Positions 16,422 through 26,151 of a stretch of 57,319 bases of DNA are shown here, in pieces (position 1 is the first letter of the stretch; the number at the start of each line of letters is the position of its first letter). A program made the position numbers and the translations under genes. Origin of the DNA: Nanobdellati archaeon (lineage in GTDB: Archaea > EX4484-52 > WAPT01); assembly GCA_027038505.1 (NCBI GenBank), contig JALVWC010000008.1:1-57319 (forward strand). The letters run 5' to 3'. A model generated the notes under the pieces. It worked only from the letters and a program-made list of their open reading frames with translations. It was not told where the DNA came from and did no database searches.

Positions 16422-17381
16422 TCATGTGTTCCCTCCGTTTATTAAGGAAATTATCTCTTTATCTATTTTTCGGGGACGCAAATTGCCGTATCTCACTTTC
16501 GGTTTTTTTCCGTCGAGCCCCATCTCTGATATTATATCTCTGTACAGCGATCTGGAATCGGAGCTGTCATTCGCAACAGCGTATGCTGCAATCACAACGT
16601 GGGAACCGCTGTAAAACCCATCTCCGTCATCCACAACTATCGTTGCATAGTCCTTCGCCTTTTCACCAATCGAGATGGGAACGCCACCCCTCCTGTACGC
16701 TTCCATCATCATCCCAGAATCCCCTGAAGTATCGCCGCAGGCAACGAACGGACGGGGAATTCCGTCTCCTCCATTACCGTTGAGAATTCGGGCAAGCTCG
16801 TATGCCTTGTGATACTTTCCGACGGGTTTCACCACCCATCTCGATTCACCTTCCTTCCGCAGGATTTCCGTGCCGACAACCTCGAGATAAATGTTCTCCG
16901 GATTTTCTCTGAGTTTGAGCTCTTCGTAAGGTTTTCTAACACAATCCCTTATACCTGCCGAGCATACATGGAGGTCAAAGCTGAACGGCGCATTACAGAT
17001 CAGCTCCCTCGCATAGCGTCTTAAAGTCGTATCCGGCCCGGGCACTTTCTCTTTAAACCGCTCAGAAAGGTCATCACTTCCTCCGCTCAGCTCGTATTCA
17101 AGTACGGTCATCAGCGCAAGCTCCACGCCGTGATCCGTGCGGGGGTTGTAGTTTCTGCACCTTCCGTTTTCGGCTATCACTTTCCCCAGAGTTTTATTGA
17201 TGATTTCCGGTTGCTCTCTTATCTTAACCACAGCATTAACGAACTGTTGCGGAGGTGATTCTCCATCGATACCGAGGAATTCGTAAACCCCTGAAAACTC
17301 GCGGGCCAGAAAATCCCTGCCGATGTCGTGATCGCTGAACGTACCGTCGTGATCGGTTATAATTTTCATTGATTTATCCAT
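16422..17381 (-). CDS. HAD-superfamily-like hydrolase (putative)
   Basis: ITDHDGT (DxDxT), CSAG, and ACGDTSGDSGMM (GDxxxD) in HAD order. Confidence 0.45.
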   Translation of the reverse strand: MDKSMKIITDHDGTFSDHDIGRDFLAREFSGVYEFLGIDGESPPQQFVNAVVKIREQPEIINKTLGKVIAENGRCRNYNPRTDHGVELALMTVLEYELSGGSDDLSERFKEKVPGPDTTLRRYARELICNAPFSFDLHVCSAGIRDCVRKPYEELKLRENPENIYLEVVGTEILRKEGESRWVVKPVGKYHKAYELARILNGNGGDGIPRPFVACGDTSGDSGMMMEAYRRGGVPISIGEKAKDYATIVVDDGDGFYSGSHVVIAAYAVANDSSDSRSLYRDIISEMGLDGKKPKVRYGNLRPRKIDKEIISLINGGNT

Positions 17382-17387
17382 GATTTT

Positions 17388-17438
17388 TCACCAAAAAATT
17401 GTTGAATTTTACATAATTTTTGTAAAAATTTTTGGTGA
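17388..17438. repeat. Nested imperfect palindrome covering the SD of the HAD-like gene
   Basis: Outer arms TCACCAAAAA (17388..17397) and TTTTTGGTGA (17429..17438). Inner arms TTTTACA (17407..17413) and TGTAAAA (17421..17427). Confidence 0.8.
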
Positions 17439-17599
17439 TTTACGGTCATTAATTTGGACATGAAAAGTATATAAATGTTTTGATATTTTACCATGAGCCA
17501 ACATCCACTTTCCCGTCTCCGAAAAACAGAAACAGCTCCTGTAATCGTTATCTGAACAACACCACAACAACAACCAGAAAGCCTTATGATAAACTCTCC

Positions 17600-18490
17600 T
17601 TATTCCTTTACCATCTTCTTCCTGAATTTCTCGTAGAGTTCCACAAGCCCCCGAATGTTTGAGAGCCTTGATGTATCCTTCTCGTACTCTATGTTGAGAT
17701 GGATGCGGAAGTGCGGAAATCTTTCTTCAACCATCTTGTGTAAGAGCATGGTGTCCAGGCTTCTCGCCACGCTTCCGCCGAAAACTATCTTGTTGGGGGC
17801 TACTAGAATCGTCAGCGAGCTTACATAATCCGCGAGGTTCTCATAATATTCGGCTTTTAGCGCCTCATCCCTGAAAACAGCGTGCACATCACCGCCACCC
17901 AACTTTTCCAGATACCTGCCGGAAATGTAGAGTTCCGCACACCCCCTCCTTCCACAGAAGCACTCCTCATTACCCTGCCTCAGAATCATGTGTCCTGCCT
18001 CTATGATTTTATTCAGGAAAAGCAGTTCCTTGTAGTCGTAGTAATTAAGGGGAATCGCATTAACACCTGTACCTATCTGAATTACGAGCAGTGTTTTCGT
18101 ACGGTTATAGACATCTCTGAAGAACTTCTTTGCATGGTGATAGGCAAAAGCATAAACATCGTTGACGGCAAAGCTAACATTAACGTACTGTCCTATGAGA
18201 AACGGAAACCGCTTGGAGTAAAGCCTGAATTTCCATTTCCCCTCAACTTTTTCCATCCTTATTATGCCGGGAAAAGTCGAGATTATTTCCCCATCCAGAG
18301 ACCTGAGGAAAGAGAAGAACTCATCAAAAGCCTCTCGAGACTCTCTAAAAAAGGTGGGCACAATACAGAATTTCTGTTTTTTGTTTACTTCCCTGATTTT
18401 TTCTTCATATTTCTTTTCGAATTCGATGAGATGTTCCTTTTCGGAGAAAAAGACGGAGGTTTTCGTGCCACCGATATCGAGTGCGATCAT
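17600..18490 (-). CDS. ROK-family sugar kinase (glucokinase-like)
   Basis: LDIGGTKT N-terminus and CFCGRRGCAELYISG zinc motif. Confidence 0.8.
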   Translation of the reverse strand: MIALDIGGTKTSVFFSEKEHLIEFEKKYEEKIREVNKKQKFCIVPTFFRESREAFDEFFSFLRSLDGEIISTFPGIIRMEKVEGKWKFRLYSKRFPFLIGQYVNVSFAVNDVYAFAYHHAKKFFRDVYNRTKTLLVIQIGTGVNAIPLNYYDYKELLFLNKIIEAGHMILRQGNEECFCGRRGCAELYISGRYLEKLGGGDVHAVFRDEALKAEYYENLADYVSSLTILVAPNKIVFGGSVARSLDTMLLHKMVEERFPHFRIHLNIEYEKDTSRLSNIRGLVELYEKFRKKMVKE

Positions 18491-18644
18491 GTTCTGTCCT
18501 CTGGTTTTTAAAATTTAAATAAATCATGTGCGGCATCGCATTTCTTTGTTGTGTTTTGCGAATACCCGAACAGGAGACTGAAACTTGCATAATTTATTCT
18601 ATCGGCATGGCACAGTGTGGTAATTTTAAAACTCCACTCTGAAA

Positions 18645-19892
18645 ATGTTAACTTTGAGGCTTATGGAAAAGGTGGGAATCGCGGAGCTCCCGCTGCACGG
18701 AGGAAAATGCCCGAGATGGCTCTTTAGCAGGATGGTGCCTCTTGCGAGAAGTATAGTTGAAATCATAATCAGGGAATACGGAAGTGTTGAGCTGCTCAGG
18801 AGACTCTCCGATCCGTTCTGGTTTCAGGCTTTCGGCAATGTGCTTGGATTTGACTGGCACAGTTCGGGGCTGACAACCACCGTCTGCGGAGCGCTGAAAG
18901 AGGCCGTGAACAGGGATGAAGACTTACCGATCAAAATCGCCGGGGGTAAGGGTAAAGTTTCCCTTTCCACACCCGAACAGATCAAGGTTCTTGCCTCCAG
19001 CATGAACATCCCGGACTGGAAGCTCGACACCCTCGTTTACGCGAGCAGAATGAGCGCGAAGGTGGATAATGCCGCGGTGCAGGACAGCTATCAACTTTAC
19101 CACCATGTAATCGCCTTCGATGAAAGAGGCAGGTGGTGTGTGATACAGCAGGGGATGAATGAAGCGAGCAGTTATGCAAGGAGGTATCACTGGCTCCATT
19201 CCAAGGCTTCGACTTCCTTTGTTGATGAACCGCATACGGCGATCTGTGCTCAGAAGAAAGAAAACAGCGTGCTGGACATGACCTCCGGAAAGAATGCTGA
19301 GGTCAGGAGGGCCTGCGTGGATCTCGTGAATGATGAGATCAAAAAACTGAAAAAATGGATGGTAATGGTGGCGCCAAACAACCTTCTTAGATATGCTCGT
19401 CCGTTAAGAAACTGCGTGGAGGGAAGAAAGGAGGGAGATGGTTGGAAGAAAGGAAACATATCAACTAAACTTCTGAGGATGCCTGCAAACCATTTCAGGA
19501 TTCCGTTGCAGAAATCGTCCATAACTCTGCTTGAAAGGATTTCCGACCAGAGCCCCGAAAACTTTGAGGAAATCCTGCAGGTCAGGGGTGTTGGCCCCGC
19601 TACGGTCAGAGCCCTCGCTCTAACTGCGCAGCTAATTTACGGTACGGAGATCAGCTGGAAGGATCCCGCAAAGTTCTCGTTTGCTCACGGCGGGAAGGAC
19701 GGGGTGCCTTATCCCGTCAACAGAAAAAGGATGGAAACCACAGTCAAACTGCTGGAGGATGTGATAAAAAACGCCGAATTAGGTAAAAAGGACAAACTTC
19801 TTGCCTTAAAACGTCTCGCTGATTGGTGCGAACATATCGAAAGTTCCGCGGATGCGGGGAAAACCGTTGTATGTAAAAGGTCAGAAATTTAA
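18645..19892 (+). CDS. DUF763-family protein
   Basis: LPLHGGKCPRWLFSRM..LRRLSDPFWFQAFGNVLGFDWHSSGLTT matches my memory of DUF763. The likely true start is ATG 18663 (MEKVGIAELPLHGG). Confidence 0.5.
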   Translation: MLTLRLMEKVGIAELPLHGGKCPRWLFSRMVPLARSIVEIIIREYGSVELLRRLSDPFWFQAFGNVLGFDWHSSGLTTTVCGALKEAVNRDEDLPIKIAGGKGKVSLSTPEQIKVLASSMNIPDWKLDTLVYASRMSAKVDNAAVQDSYQLYHHVIAFDERGRWCVIQQGMNEASSYARRYHWLHSKASTSFVDEPHTAICAQKKENSVLDMTSGKNAEVRRACVDLVNDEIKKLKKWMVMVAPNNLLRYARPLRNCVEGRKEGDGWKKGNISTKLLRMPANHFRIPLQKSSITLLERISDQSPENFEEILQVRGVGPATVRALALTAQLIYGTEISWKDPAKFSFAHGGKDGVPYPVNRKRMETTVKLLEDVIKNAELGKKDKLLALKRLADWCEHIESSADAGKTVVCKRSEI

Positions 19893-19928
19893 ATTTCATG
19901 AACGGCGGAAATCTAAAGGAGTGAAGAG

Positions 19929-20873
19929 GTGCTATCCATAATGAAAGGAGAAGCTGTGGTCACCGGTGGAGCGGGTTTCATCGGAAGGCATCTTGTAAGG
20001 AGGCTCTTACGGGAAGGTTATGATGTTTACGCGATAGATAACTTCCACACAGGGAGCTGGAAAAATAGAGAGGAGGGTGTCCATTATTTCCCGGGTAACG
20101 CGGGCGATGTTGTTCGGATGATGAAAAGACTTGGAATCCGGCCATCGGTTATTTTTCACCTGGGAATTCCCAGCTCCTCTCCCATGTACAGGGATGACAG
20201 AGAGAACATAGCTCTTGCCGTCAGGGACTTTGTGAGGATAATGGAATATTGTATGGGTGTGGGTGCCAAGCTTGTTCTTGCCTCCACATCAAGCATCTAC
20301 AACGGAAATCCGGTGCCGTGGCGGGAAGACATGCAGATACTTCCGACAGATTTCTACACCGAGGTAAGGTACTTTATGGAGAGGTTGGCAGACGTTTATA
20401 ATCAACTTTACGGAATTGAGGTGGTGGCATGCAGGCTCTTCAGCGTCTACGGGCCGTTTGAGGAGCATAAGGGAAGATATGCCAACCTCGTATCGCAATT
20501 CATATGGAGCATGATGAAGAACGAACCCCCGGTGATCTTTGGAGACGGTACACAGACCAGGGACTTTATCTTCGTAGAGGATGTCGTTGAAGGTTTCATA
20601 AGAGCTGCTGAATACAAAGCAGATAGGTTTGAGGTGTTCAATCTAGGGTACGGAAAGAACTACTCGCTCAACCAACTTGTTGAGATGATAAACGAGGTGC
20701 TTGGCAAGAACATAAAGCCAAAATACGTGGAGAATCCAATAAAGAATTATGTGATGCACACTCTCGCAGATATGACGAAATCAAGGGAAGTGTTGGGTTT
20801 CAGGCCAAAAGTCTCGCTCGAAGAGGGTATCGAAAGATGCGTGGAGCATTACTCCAAAAAGTTCTCTTCCTAA
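19929..20873 (+). CDS. NAD-dependent sugar epimerase/dehydratase (SDR extended family)
   Basis: VTGGAGFIGRHL Rossmann motif; AGGAGTGA SD 5 nt upstream of the GTG. Confidence 0.8.
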   Translation: MLSIMKGEAVVTGGAGFIGRHLVRRLLREGYDVYAIDNFHTGSWKNREEGVHYFPGNAGDVVRMMKRLGIRPSVIFHLGIPSSSPMYRDDRENIALAVRDFVRIMEYCMGVGAKLVLASTSSIYNGNPVPWREDMQILPTDFYTEVRYFMERLADVYNQLYGIEVVACRLFSVYGPFEEHKGRYANLVSQFIWSMMKNEPPVIFGDGTQTRDFIFVEDVVEGFIRAAEYKADRFEVFNLGYGKNYSLNQLVEMINEVLGKNIKPKYVENPIKNYVMHTLADMTKSREVLGFRPKVSLEEGIERCVEHYSKKFSS

Positions 20874-20940
20874 AAAGTGGGATTTTGGGACAAAAATCGG
20901 GAACAGGACAAAAATATATATAAGTGTTGAAATTCCGATA

Positions 20941-22008
20941 TTGTTCTTTATGGGAATTTCCAGATCCAAAAAGGTGAACGAAGATAAACCAACTAAACCG
21001 GCAATAATAGATTTCGATAAAGTTATTGTTTTTCTTATTGGAATTGTGGGCCTCATCATCATCTGGCCTTTTGTTACGGCGCTGATTCTGGCTGCGGTCA
21101 CCGCCTACACATTCTATCCTCTGGTGAGCTTCTTGCAGAAATATCTCCGTTCCTACAACCTCGCCATCTGCGTAACCCTGCTGCTTGTGGTTGCACCCAT
21201 AGCATGGAGTATCAGTTACATTGCGGGAGGTCTAACATCAGTTATTTCAACCATGCAAAAATTCTCCAGTAACATAACCGGGGCTCTGATAAAAATAAGC
21301 GAGTATTTGACATCCATCAACCTCAAGATTCCGGGGTCTCAGTCAGTCATAGCCGCTGCTAAGAGTATGATAAACGACTTTATAACCAAGAGCCAGCAAT
21401 CACTTATCTCATGGATCAAAAACCTTCCTGCGTTACTGGTCAGCACACTTGTTTACATATTTGCAACATATTATTTTCTTAGAGATGGAAAATCCCTCAA
21501 AGAAACCGTTCTCAGATGGAGCAAAAAGTTCGATACGGAGGAGAGAAACGTGATAGAAAGCATAGTTAGGGGCCTCGATAACAGCTTCCGTGTGCTCTTC
21601 GTTTCCTACATAGGGATATCCACGATTGTTGGAGTCATGAGTGCTGCCATCTACTATGCTTTTCACATACCTTATGCCGGTGTTCTTGCCGTGCTTACAT
21701 GGCTATTTGCGTTTTTACCCGTGCTCAGCGCACCTATGGTTTACGTGCCGGTAGCGGCATACATGTTTTATATGGGAGCAATTCAGCAAGCGATCGGCGT
21801 TGCTGTGTCGGGTGTGCTCTTCCTCTCTCTTGTTCCCGACCTTGTTCTCAGACCGCTTCTGTGCGGAAAGGCGGGAAATGTTCATCCTTTAACCATAGTG
21901 CTGGGTTTTTTCGGGGGGCCGATAGTTTTTGGTTTAAAGGGTTTTCTAATCGGACCGCTGCTGCTTGTAATTGTCGAGACCGTGATAAAAGAATATCTCA
22001 ACGCATGA
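20941..22008 (+). CDS. AI-2E/PerM (UPF0118) family membrane transporter
   Basis: Multi-TM protein of 355 aa with YYFLRDGKSL and a family-like C-terminal helix pattern. Confidence 0.6.
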   Translation: MFFMGISRSKKVNEDKPTKPAIIDFDKVIVFLIGIVGLIIIWPFVTALILAAVTAYTFYPLVSFLQKYLRSYNLAICVTLLLVVAPIAWSISYIAGGLTSVISTMQKFSSNITGALIKISEYLTSINLKIPGSQSVIAAAKSMINDFITKSQQSLISWIKNLPALLVSTLVYIFATYYFLRDGKSLKETVLRWSKKFDTEERNVIESIVRGLDNSFRVLFVSYIGISTIVGVMSAAIYYAFHIPYAGVLAVLTWLFAFLPVLSAPMVYVPVAAYMFYMGAIQQAIGVAVSGVLFLSLVPDLVLRPLLCGKAGNVHPLTIVLGFFGGPIVFGLKGFLIGPLLLVIVETVIKEYLNA

Positions 22009-22142
22009 GCACAAGGAAAAATTTTTATGGTAATTCTCTTTTTATTTTTCCTCAATAAATACTCGTGAAGTCAGAAAATTTTTGTATCCTTGTGTTAGTT
22101 TCATGACATGTACGGTCCGTTGAGTGAATAACCGGTGAGCCC

Positions 22143-23201
22143 ATGATCGGTAAAAAAAAAGCCACAGTGGTGGGGGTGATTGGAGGAATTCTAATGGTTG
22201 CAGCACTGATCATGATAGCCGGACCCACAGAGACCCTTAACGCCCTAAAGAGTGCGAAAATACAATACATTCTGCTTGCATTTTTAGTACAGATGTTTAT
22301 TTCCGTTCTGTACCCTCTCCGATGGAAAGTCCTGCTTGAAACGGTAACAAAAAAAGTTAGTTTTTTTCACATTTACCTTATATCATCCTTCGGATATCTT
22401 GTAAACATCTTGACTCCGGGTGCGCAGGCCGGAGGAGAACCCGCAAGGGCTTATGTTCTCAGCAAGGTGGAAAAGCTCCCATCCTCGAGATGTTTTGCGT
22501 CAATCGTGGTTGAAAGGTTCTACGATGTCATAAGCTATCTTCTGTTCATTCTCATCGGCCTAATAATGCTGTTTCGGATCTATACTCCGGGAGTGCTCGG
22601 CACCGTGTTCATACTTGGGGGCATTTTCATCATAGTTTTTCTGACCGTCATTGCAATATACGTTTCCGTGGACAGACGGATTTCTTTGAAATTACTAAGA
22701 AGGATTTTCAGGATACTCAGAAACATAAAACCTCTCGTGAACAAAGTTGACGAATGGGCGGCTAGGGCCGAGAACACGGTGGAGGAATACTCCCGCTCTT
22801 TCAGAAGAATTCTATCAAAGAACATAAAGAAAAACATCGCATATTCGTTAGCCATAAGGACGTTGGAAATTCTACGACTCTACATAATTCTCCATGCATT
22901 TGGGTTACTTTTTGGCATAGACAAGGTTGTTGTCATCTTCTCCATAATAGTGCTCTCAATGCTCGTGCCATCACCGCCGGCGGGTCTCGGAGTTGTGGAA
23001 TCCGCATACTTGCTCATATTCAAACTGCTGGGGGTAAAATTAAGTACGGCAGCAGCGATCATGATTGTTGATAGATTCATCAGCAGCGCAATACCCGCGT
23101 TTATCGGTGCTGTATGTGGATACTACCTCGGGTTCAGGCTTATGAACAACAAGCTACTGATTGAAAAGGGAATTTCAAAACAGACAAACTGCAAGGTTTA
23201 A
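22143..23201 (+). CDS. UPF0104 / lysylphosphatidylglycerol-synthase-TM-like (flippase-like) membrane protein
   Basis: 352 aa polytopic protein. N-terminal pattern LLAFLVQMFISVLYPLRWKVLLE is typical of the family. Confidence 0.5.
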   Translation: MIGKKKATVVGVIGGILMVAALIMIAGPTETLNALKSAKIQYILLAFLVQMFISVLYPLRWKVLLETVTKKVSFFHIYLISSFGYLVNILTPGAQAGGEPARAYVLSKVEKLPSSRCFASIVVERFYDVISYLLFILIGLIMLFRIYTPGVLGTVFILGGIFIIVFLTVIAIYVSVDRRISLKLLRRIFRILRNIKPLVNKVDEWAARAENTVEEYSRSFRRILSKNIKKNIAYSLAIRTLEILRLYIILHAFGLLFGIDKVVVIFSIIVLSMLVPSPPAGLGVVESAYLLIFKLLGVKLSTAAAIMIVDRFISSAIPAFIGAVCGYYLGFRLMNNKLLIEKGISKQTNCKV

Positions 23202-23749
23202 TTTTTTCTGCGCAGTTTGTTTTTCTCCGCGGGCACCCACCTGAAATCGGAGAGACCACACCTCGGGCATATGTTCTCATCAGTATCGACTCTCAGGTTA
23301 CAATGAGCGCATTTCTTTACCCATTTTATACTATGTGTTATGCCCCTCGCACCAACACTTCTGAATTTAATCCCGAGAGATACGCACAGGTTCTGAACAG
23401 CGTAATCGTCCGACACGACCGCAACCTCTTTTCCTCTCTTTTTGAAGTACAGGGCCAGAGCGACCACGCTCAGATCTGCATCGCTGAGTTTTCCTCCTAT
23501 CTCACGGGCTCTTTCCATGGCCTCCCTAATGCACTCTCCATCGGGATATAGAACGTCCATTCCCCCCTTAATAAATATATCAAAAGTTATTTTCGCCTGC
23601 AGGCTTTTGAGCTCCTCCATCACATCATGGGTTGTTACGCAGATCTCCTCGCTTAGATTCAATCCCTCTGGTTTCACAAAGGCCGAAGCGTCGAGCACGT
23701 GAATGATCTTCTTTTTTCTTCCTCTCTTTCCATCCTTTTCTTTCCGCAT
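23198..23749 (-). CDS. nob1: Nob1-like endonuclease (PIN domain plus zinc ribbon)
   Basis: IHVLDASAFV PIN start, VVSDDYAVQN, and C-terminal CAHCN..CPRCG ribbon. Confidence 0.75.
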   Translation of the reverse strand: MRKEKDGKRGRKKKIIHVLDASAFVKPEGLNLSEEICVTTHDVMEELKSLQAKITFDIFIKGGMDVLYPDGECIREAMERAREIGGKLSDADLSVVALALYFKKRGKEVAVVSDDYAVQNLCVSLGIKFRSVGARGITHSIKWVKKCAHCNLRVDTDENICPRCGLSDFRWVPAEKNKLRRKN

Positions 23750-23874
23750 GTTCGAAGTTTTTGTCGGGCAGTCTTAAATATTTATAAAATTTATAAAAGT
23801 TAGCACATATGGGAGGATTAGGACATTCTCAGGTCTTGTCATATAATGCATAGAAGCTCTCAAGTGATCAGGAG

Positions 23875-24285
23875 GTGGGAATGATGGATGTAAAGCTGAT
23901 AGAGGCGAAGCAGGCAAAGAAAGGGACGTATGTCATGATAGACAATGTTCCCTGTGTGGTAATAGATATGAAGGTTTCTTCGCCCGGGAAGCACGGAAGC
24001 GCCAAGTGCAGAATAATAGCGGAGGGAATAGCGGACGGAAAAAGAAGGGAGGTGACACTCCCCGGCAGTGCCAAAATCCCCAGTCCGAATGTGGACAAGA
24101 GAAAGGCCCAGATAGTCGCTGTGCTCGGCGATACGGTTCAGCTTATGGATCTTGAGACCTACGAGGTTTTTGAGCTCAGAATCCCGGAAGATTTGAAGAA
24201 CGATGTGGTGGAGGGAGCCGAAGCCGAGTACTGGGTTCTCGCAGGTAAAGACAGAGTGCTGGTGAAGGTCAAGAAGGGTGAGTGA
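23875..24285 (+). CDS. eif5a: Translation initiation factor 5A
   Basis: Hypusination loop SSPGKHGSAK; 136 aa. Confidence 0.92.
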   Translation: MGMMDVKLIEAKQAKKGTYVMIDNVPCVVIDMKVSSPGKHGSAKCRIIAEGIADGKRREVTLPGSAKIPSPNVDKRKAQIVAVLGDTVQLMDLETYEVFELRIPEDLKNDVVEGAEAEYWVLAGKDRVLVKVKKGE

Positions 24286-24749
24286 AACTAGCGGATAATA
24301 TCCGGTACAGCCCATGCACCGCACCCAGACATATGTTTTGTATTACTGCGCACACATCAACCCGGGATGTTCGGGGGAAAAACGCGGCGAGTATGGATTC
24401 TCTGACGGCACATGTACATCCACCAAATAAAAGTCTAAATGTTCGATGAAGACTGTGCTCAGATAGTCGTGTCACCGACATCGAATCATGCCAAATTTCA
24501 GAATGTGTCTGAAAATCCAAGTGTGTTTTCTCGGTTCTGCTCGCTGCGAATGGACACTTCCGAGGGTATTTCACTTTTTACTTACTTGTTATTCACGATT
24601 TCCCGGAAATTGGTTTTTATCATTGTGTTCGGATAAATTGAAACCTAAAAATCTCATGTTAGGGATTTGGAGAATGAGAACGGTTCCCGGAACTATTGTG
24701 GTTCAAAAATCTCAAAAAATTTAAAAAATTAATTAATGATCATAGGTAT

Positions 24750-25103
24750 ATGAGCGCTAAAAAAAGAAAATTTTTCTTGCCCTGCACGTTCATCGGGATG
24801 GGTGTCGGATTTTTATTGACAAACTGGATCGTAACAGCTTTCGTGGCCTGCATGTTTATAGGGATGGGTGTGGGGTTCTTGCTGGACTCTCTGTTCGTTG
24901 TGGAGGGGAAGAAAATCAAGGCCGATAAGGTGTACAGGTGCTCTTCCGTAGCATTGGCAATACTGGGTTTAATTTTAATGGTGGCGGGTGTTCTGCTTCT
25001 GGTGAGTCCGAAGATGCTGGAGGTGCTGGAGACCTACATGTGGGGGTTCGGCTTCATTCTCTTCGGTCTTTTCATTCTTATAAAGAGTTTAGGAAAGGCG
25101 TAG
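24750..25103 (+). CDS. Small membrane protein with duplicated FIGMGVGFLL segment
   Basis: FIGMGVGFLL occurs twice, 21 aa apart, followed by two more TM helices. A/T-rich TATA-like block at 24716..24736 lies ~24 nt before ATG 24750, suggesting a leaderless start. Confidence 0.5.
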   Translation: MSAKKRKFFLPCTFIGMGVGFLLTNWIVTAFVACMFIGMGVGFLLDSLFVVEGKKIKADKVYRCSSVALAILGLILMVAGVLLLVSPKMLEVLETYMWGFGFILFGLFILIKSLGKA

Positions 25104-25181
25104 TGGGTTGTTGTGAGTCCGGATCCGACAGGCTTTGACCTGCTGTGCTCCCTATCCGGAAAAAGGGCTCGAAAAATAACA

Positions 25182-25883
25182 TCACATCAGCTTCAACTTC
25201 TCCACGCCGTACTTTTCAAAGTATTCTTCCACCTTCCTGCCCACCTCCTCCTTCCTCTCGCTCTCCCACCTCTCGAATGCCAACGGAAGCAGCTCAACGG
25301 CATTACTCATCGCGTAATATTCAACGTTCATCCTGGCAAGCACCTCGGCAACGCTCCTTCCGTCATCACGCCTCTCCATTCTATTTGTAAGCGCTATGGC
25401 AACGATGTCCTCCACGCTTTTCAGCTCTTTCAGCTTTTCCACCCACTCGATGAGGGATGACCCGGTTGTGGTCACATCTTCAATCACGACAACTCTGCCT
25501 CTGGGAGCTCCCACAAAAAACCTGTCCTTCGGCACACCGTGGGATTTCACCTTCCCCCTGCCCATGGGAAGCACATGGCTGCCCTTTTCAAAATTCTCAT
25601 CCATCTTCGCCCACTTGTATTGCACTATTATACCGGTTTTGGTCGCGCCTTCCGGAACGCCAAAGAAGCAGTCCACATCAATACCCTTGCTCTTAACGAA
25701 ACTTATGATAAAGTCCGCAAGCCTGTCTATAAGGTACACATCCTCCGTCACATCCCTCCAGTTCACATAGAAGTGGGAAAGTCTGCCTGACTTCAGCCGG
25801 ATGGGTTCCTCAAAGAAACCGATGATACCATTCTCCAGAATAAACTCATTGAAAGCTTCCCGATCGAATCCGTTTGCTGGCAT
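25182..25883 (-). CDS. pyrE: Orotate phosphoribosyltransferase-like type I PRTase
   Basis: FNEFILENGIIGFFEEPIRLKSGRLSHFYVN resembles the PyrE N-terminus. PRPP loop VVVIEDVTTTGSS. Confidence 0.6.
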   Translation of the reverse strand: MPANGFDREAFNEFILENGIIGFFEEPIRLKSGRLSHFYVNWRDVTEDVYLIDRLADFIISFVKSKGIDVDCFFGVPEGATKTGIIVQYKWAKMDENFEKGSHVLPMGRGKVKSHGVPKDRFFVGAPRGRVVVIEDVTTTGSSLIEWVEKLKELKSVEDIVAIALTNRMERRDDGRSVAEVLARMNVEYYAMSNAVELLPLAFERWESERKEEVGRKVEEYFEKYGVEKLKLM

Positions 25884-26151
25884 GTTTAAGGCTGGGGTTC
25901 GAAATTTTTAAAGTGTATCTCTTCGGAACATTCTTTCCGTACTTTTTGGCAAGGGTGCGTCGCACCGCTACGCTTGGGAGTTTCAAATCATCATGTTTTA
26001 ACTCGGGAAAGGATGCGCATTCTCGCACTGTTTATCATGCATATCAATGAGAATGCCCAACGAAGTCTGAGTTCAACCAACCCGCCGTTGCCTCGCACCA
26101 GTTTAAAAACGTTTTAAAAATGCTTCTTCATCAATTTTATTGGTGTGAAGA

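Noticed and set aside
25894-25905. GGGGTTCGAAAT resembling a tRNA T-arm.
   Set aside because: The 3' half of the T stem is missing and no acceptor, D or anticodon arms can be drawn around it.
25988-25994. A C-box-like AUGAUGA on the minus strand in the pyrE/speB spacer, as the start of a C/D box sRNA.
   Set aside because: No CUGA D or D' box and no C' box lie within the next 80 nt on that strand. A plus-strand AUGAGA..CUGA pair at 26047..26070 also lacks the second box pair.
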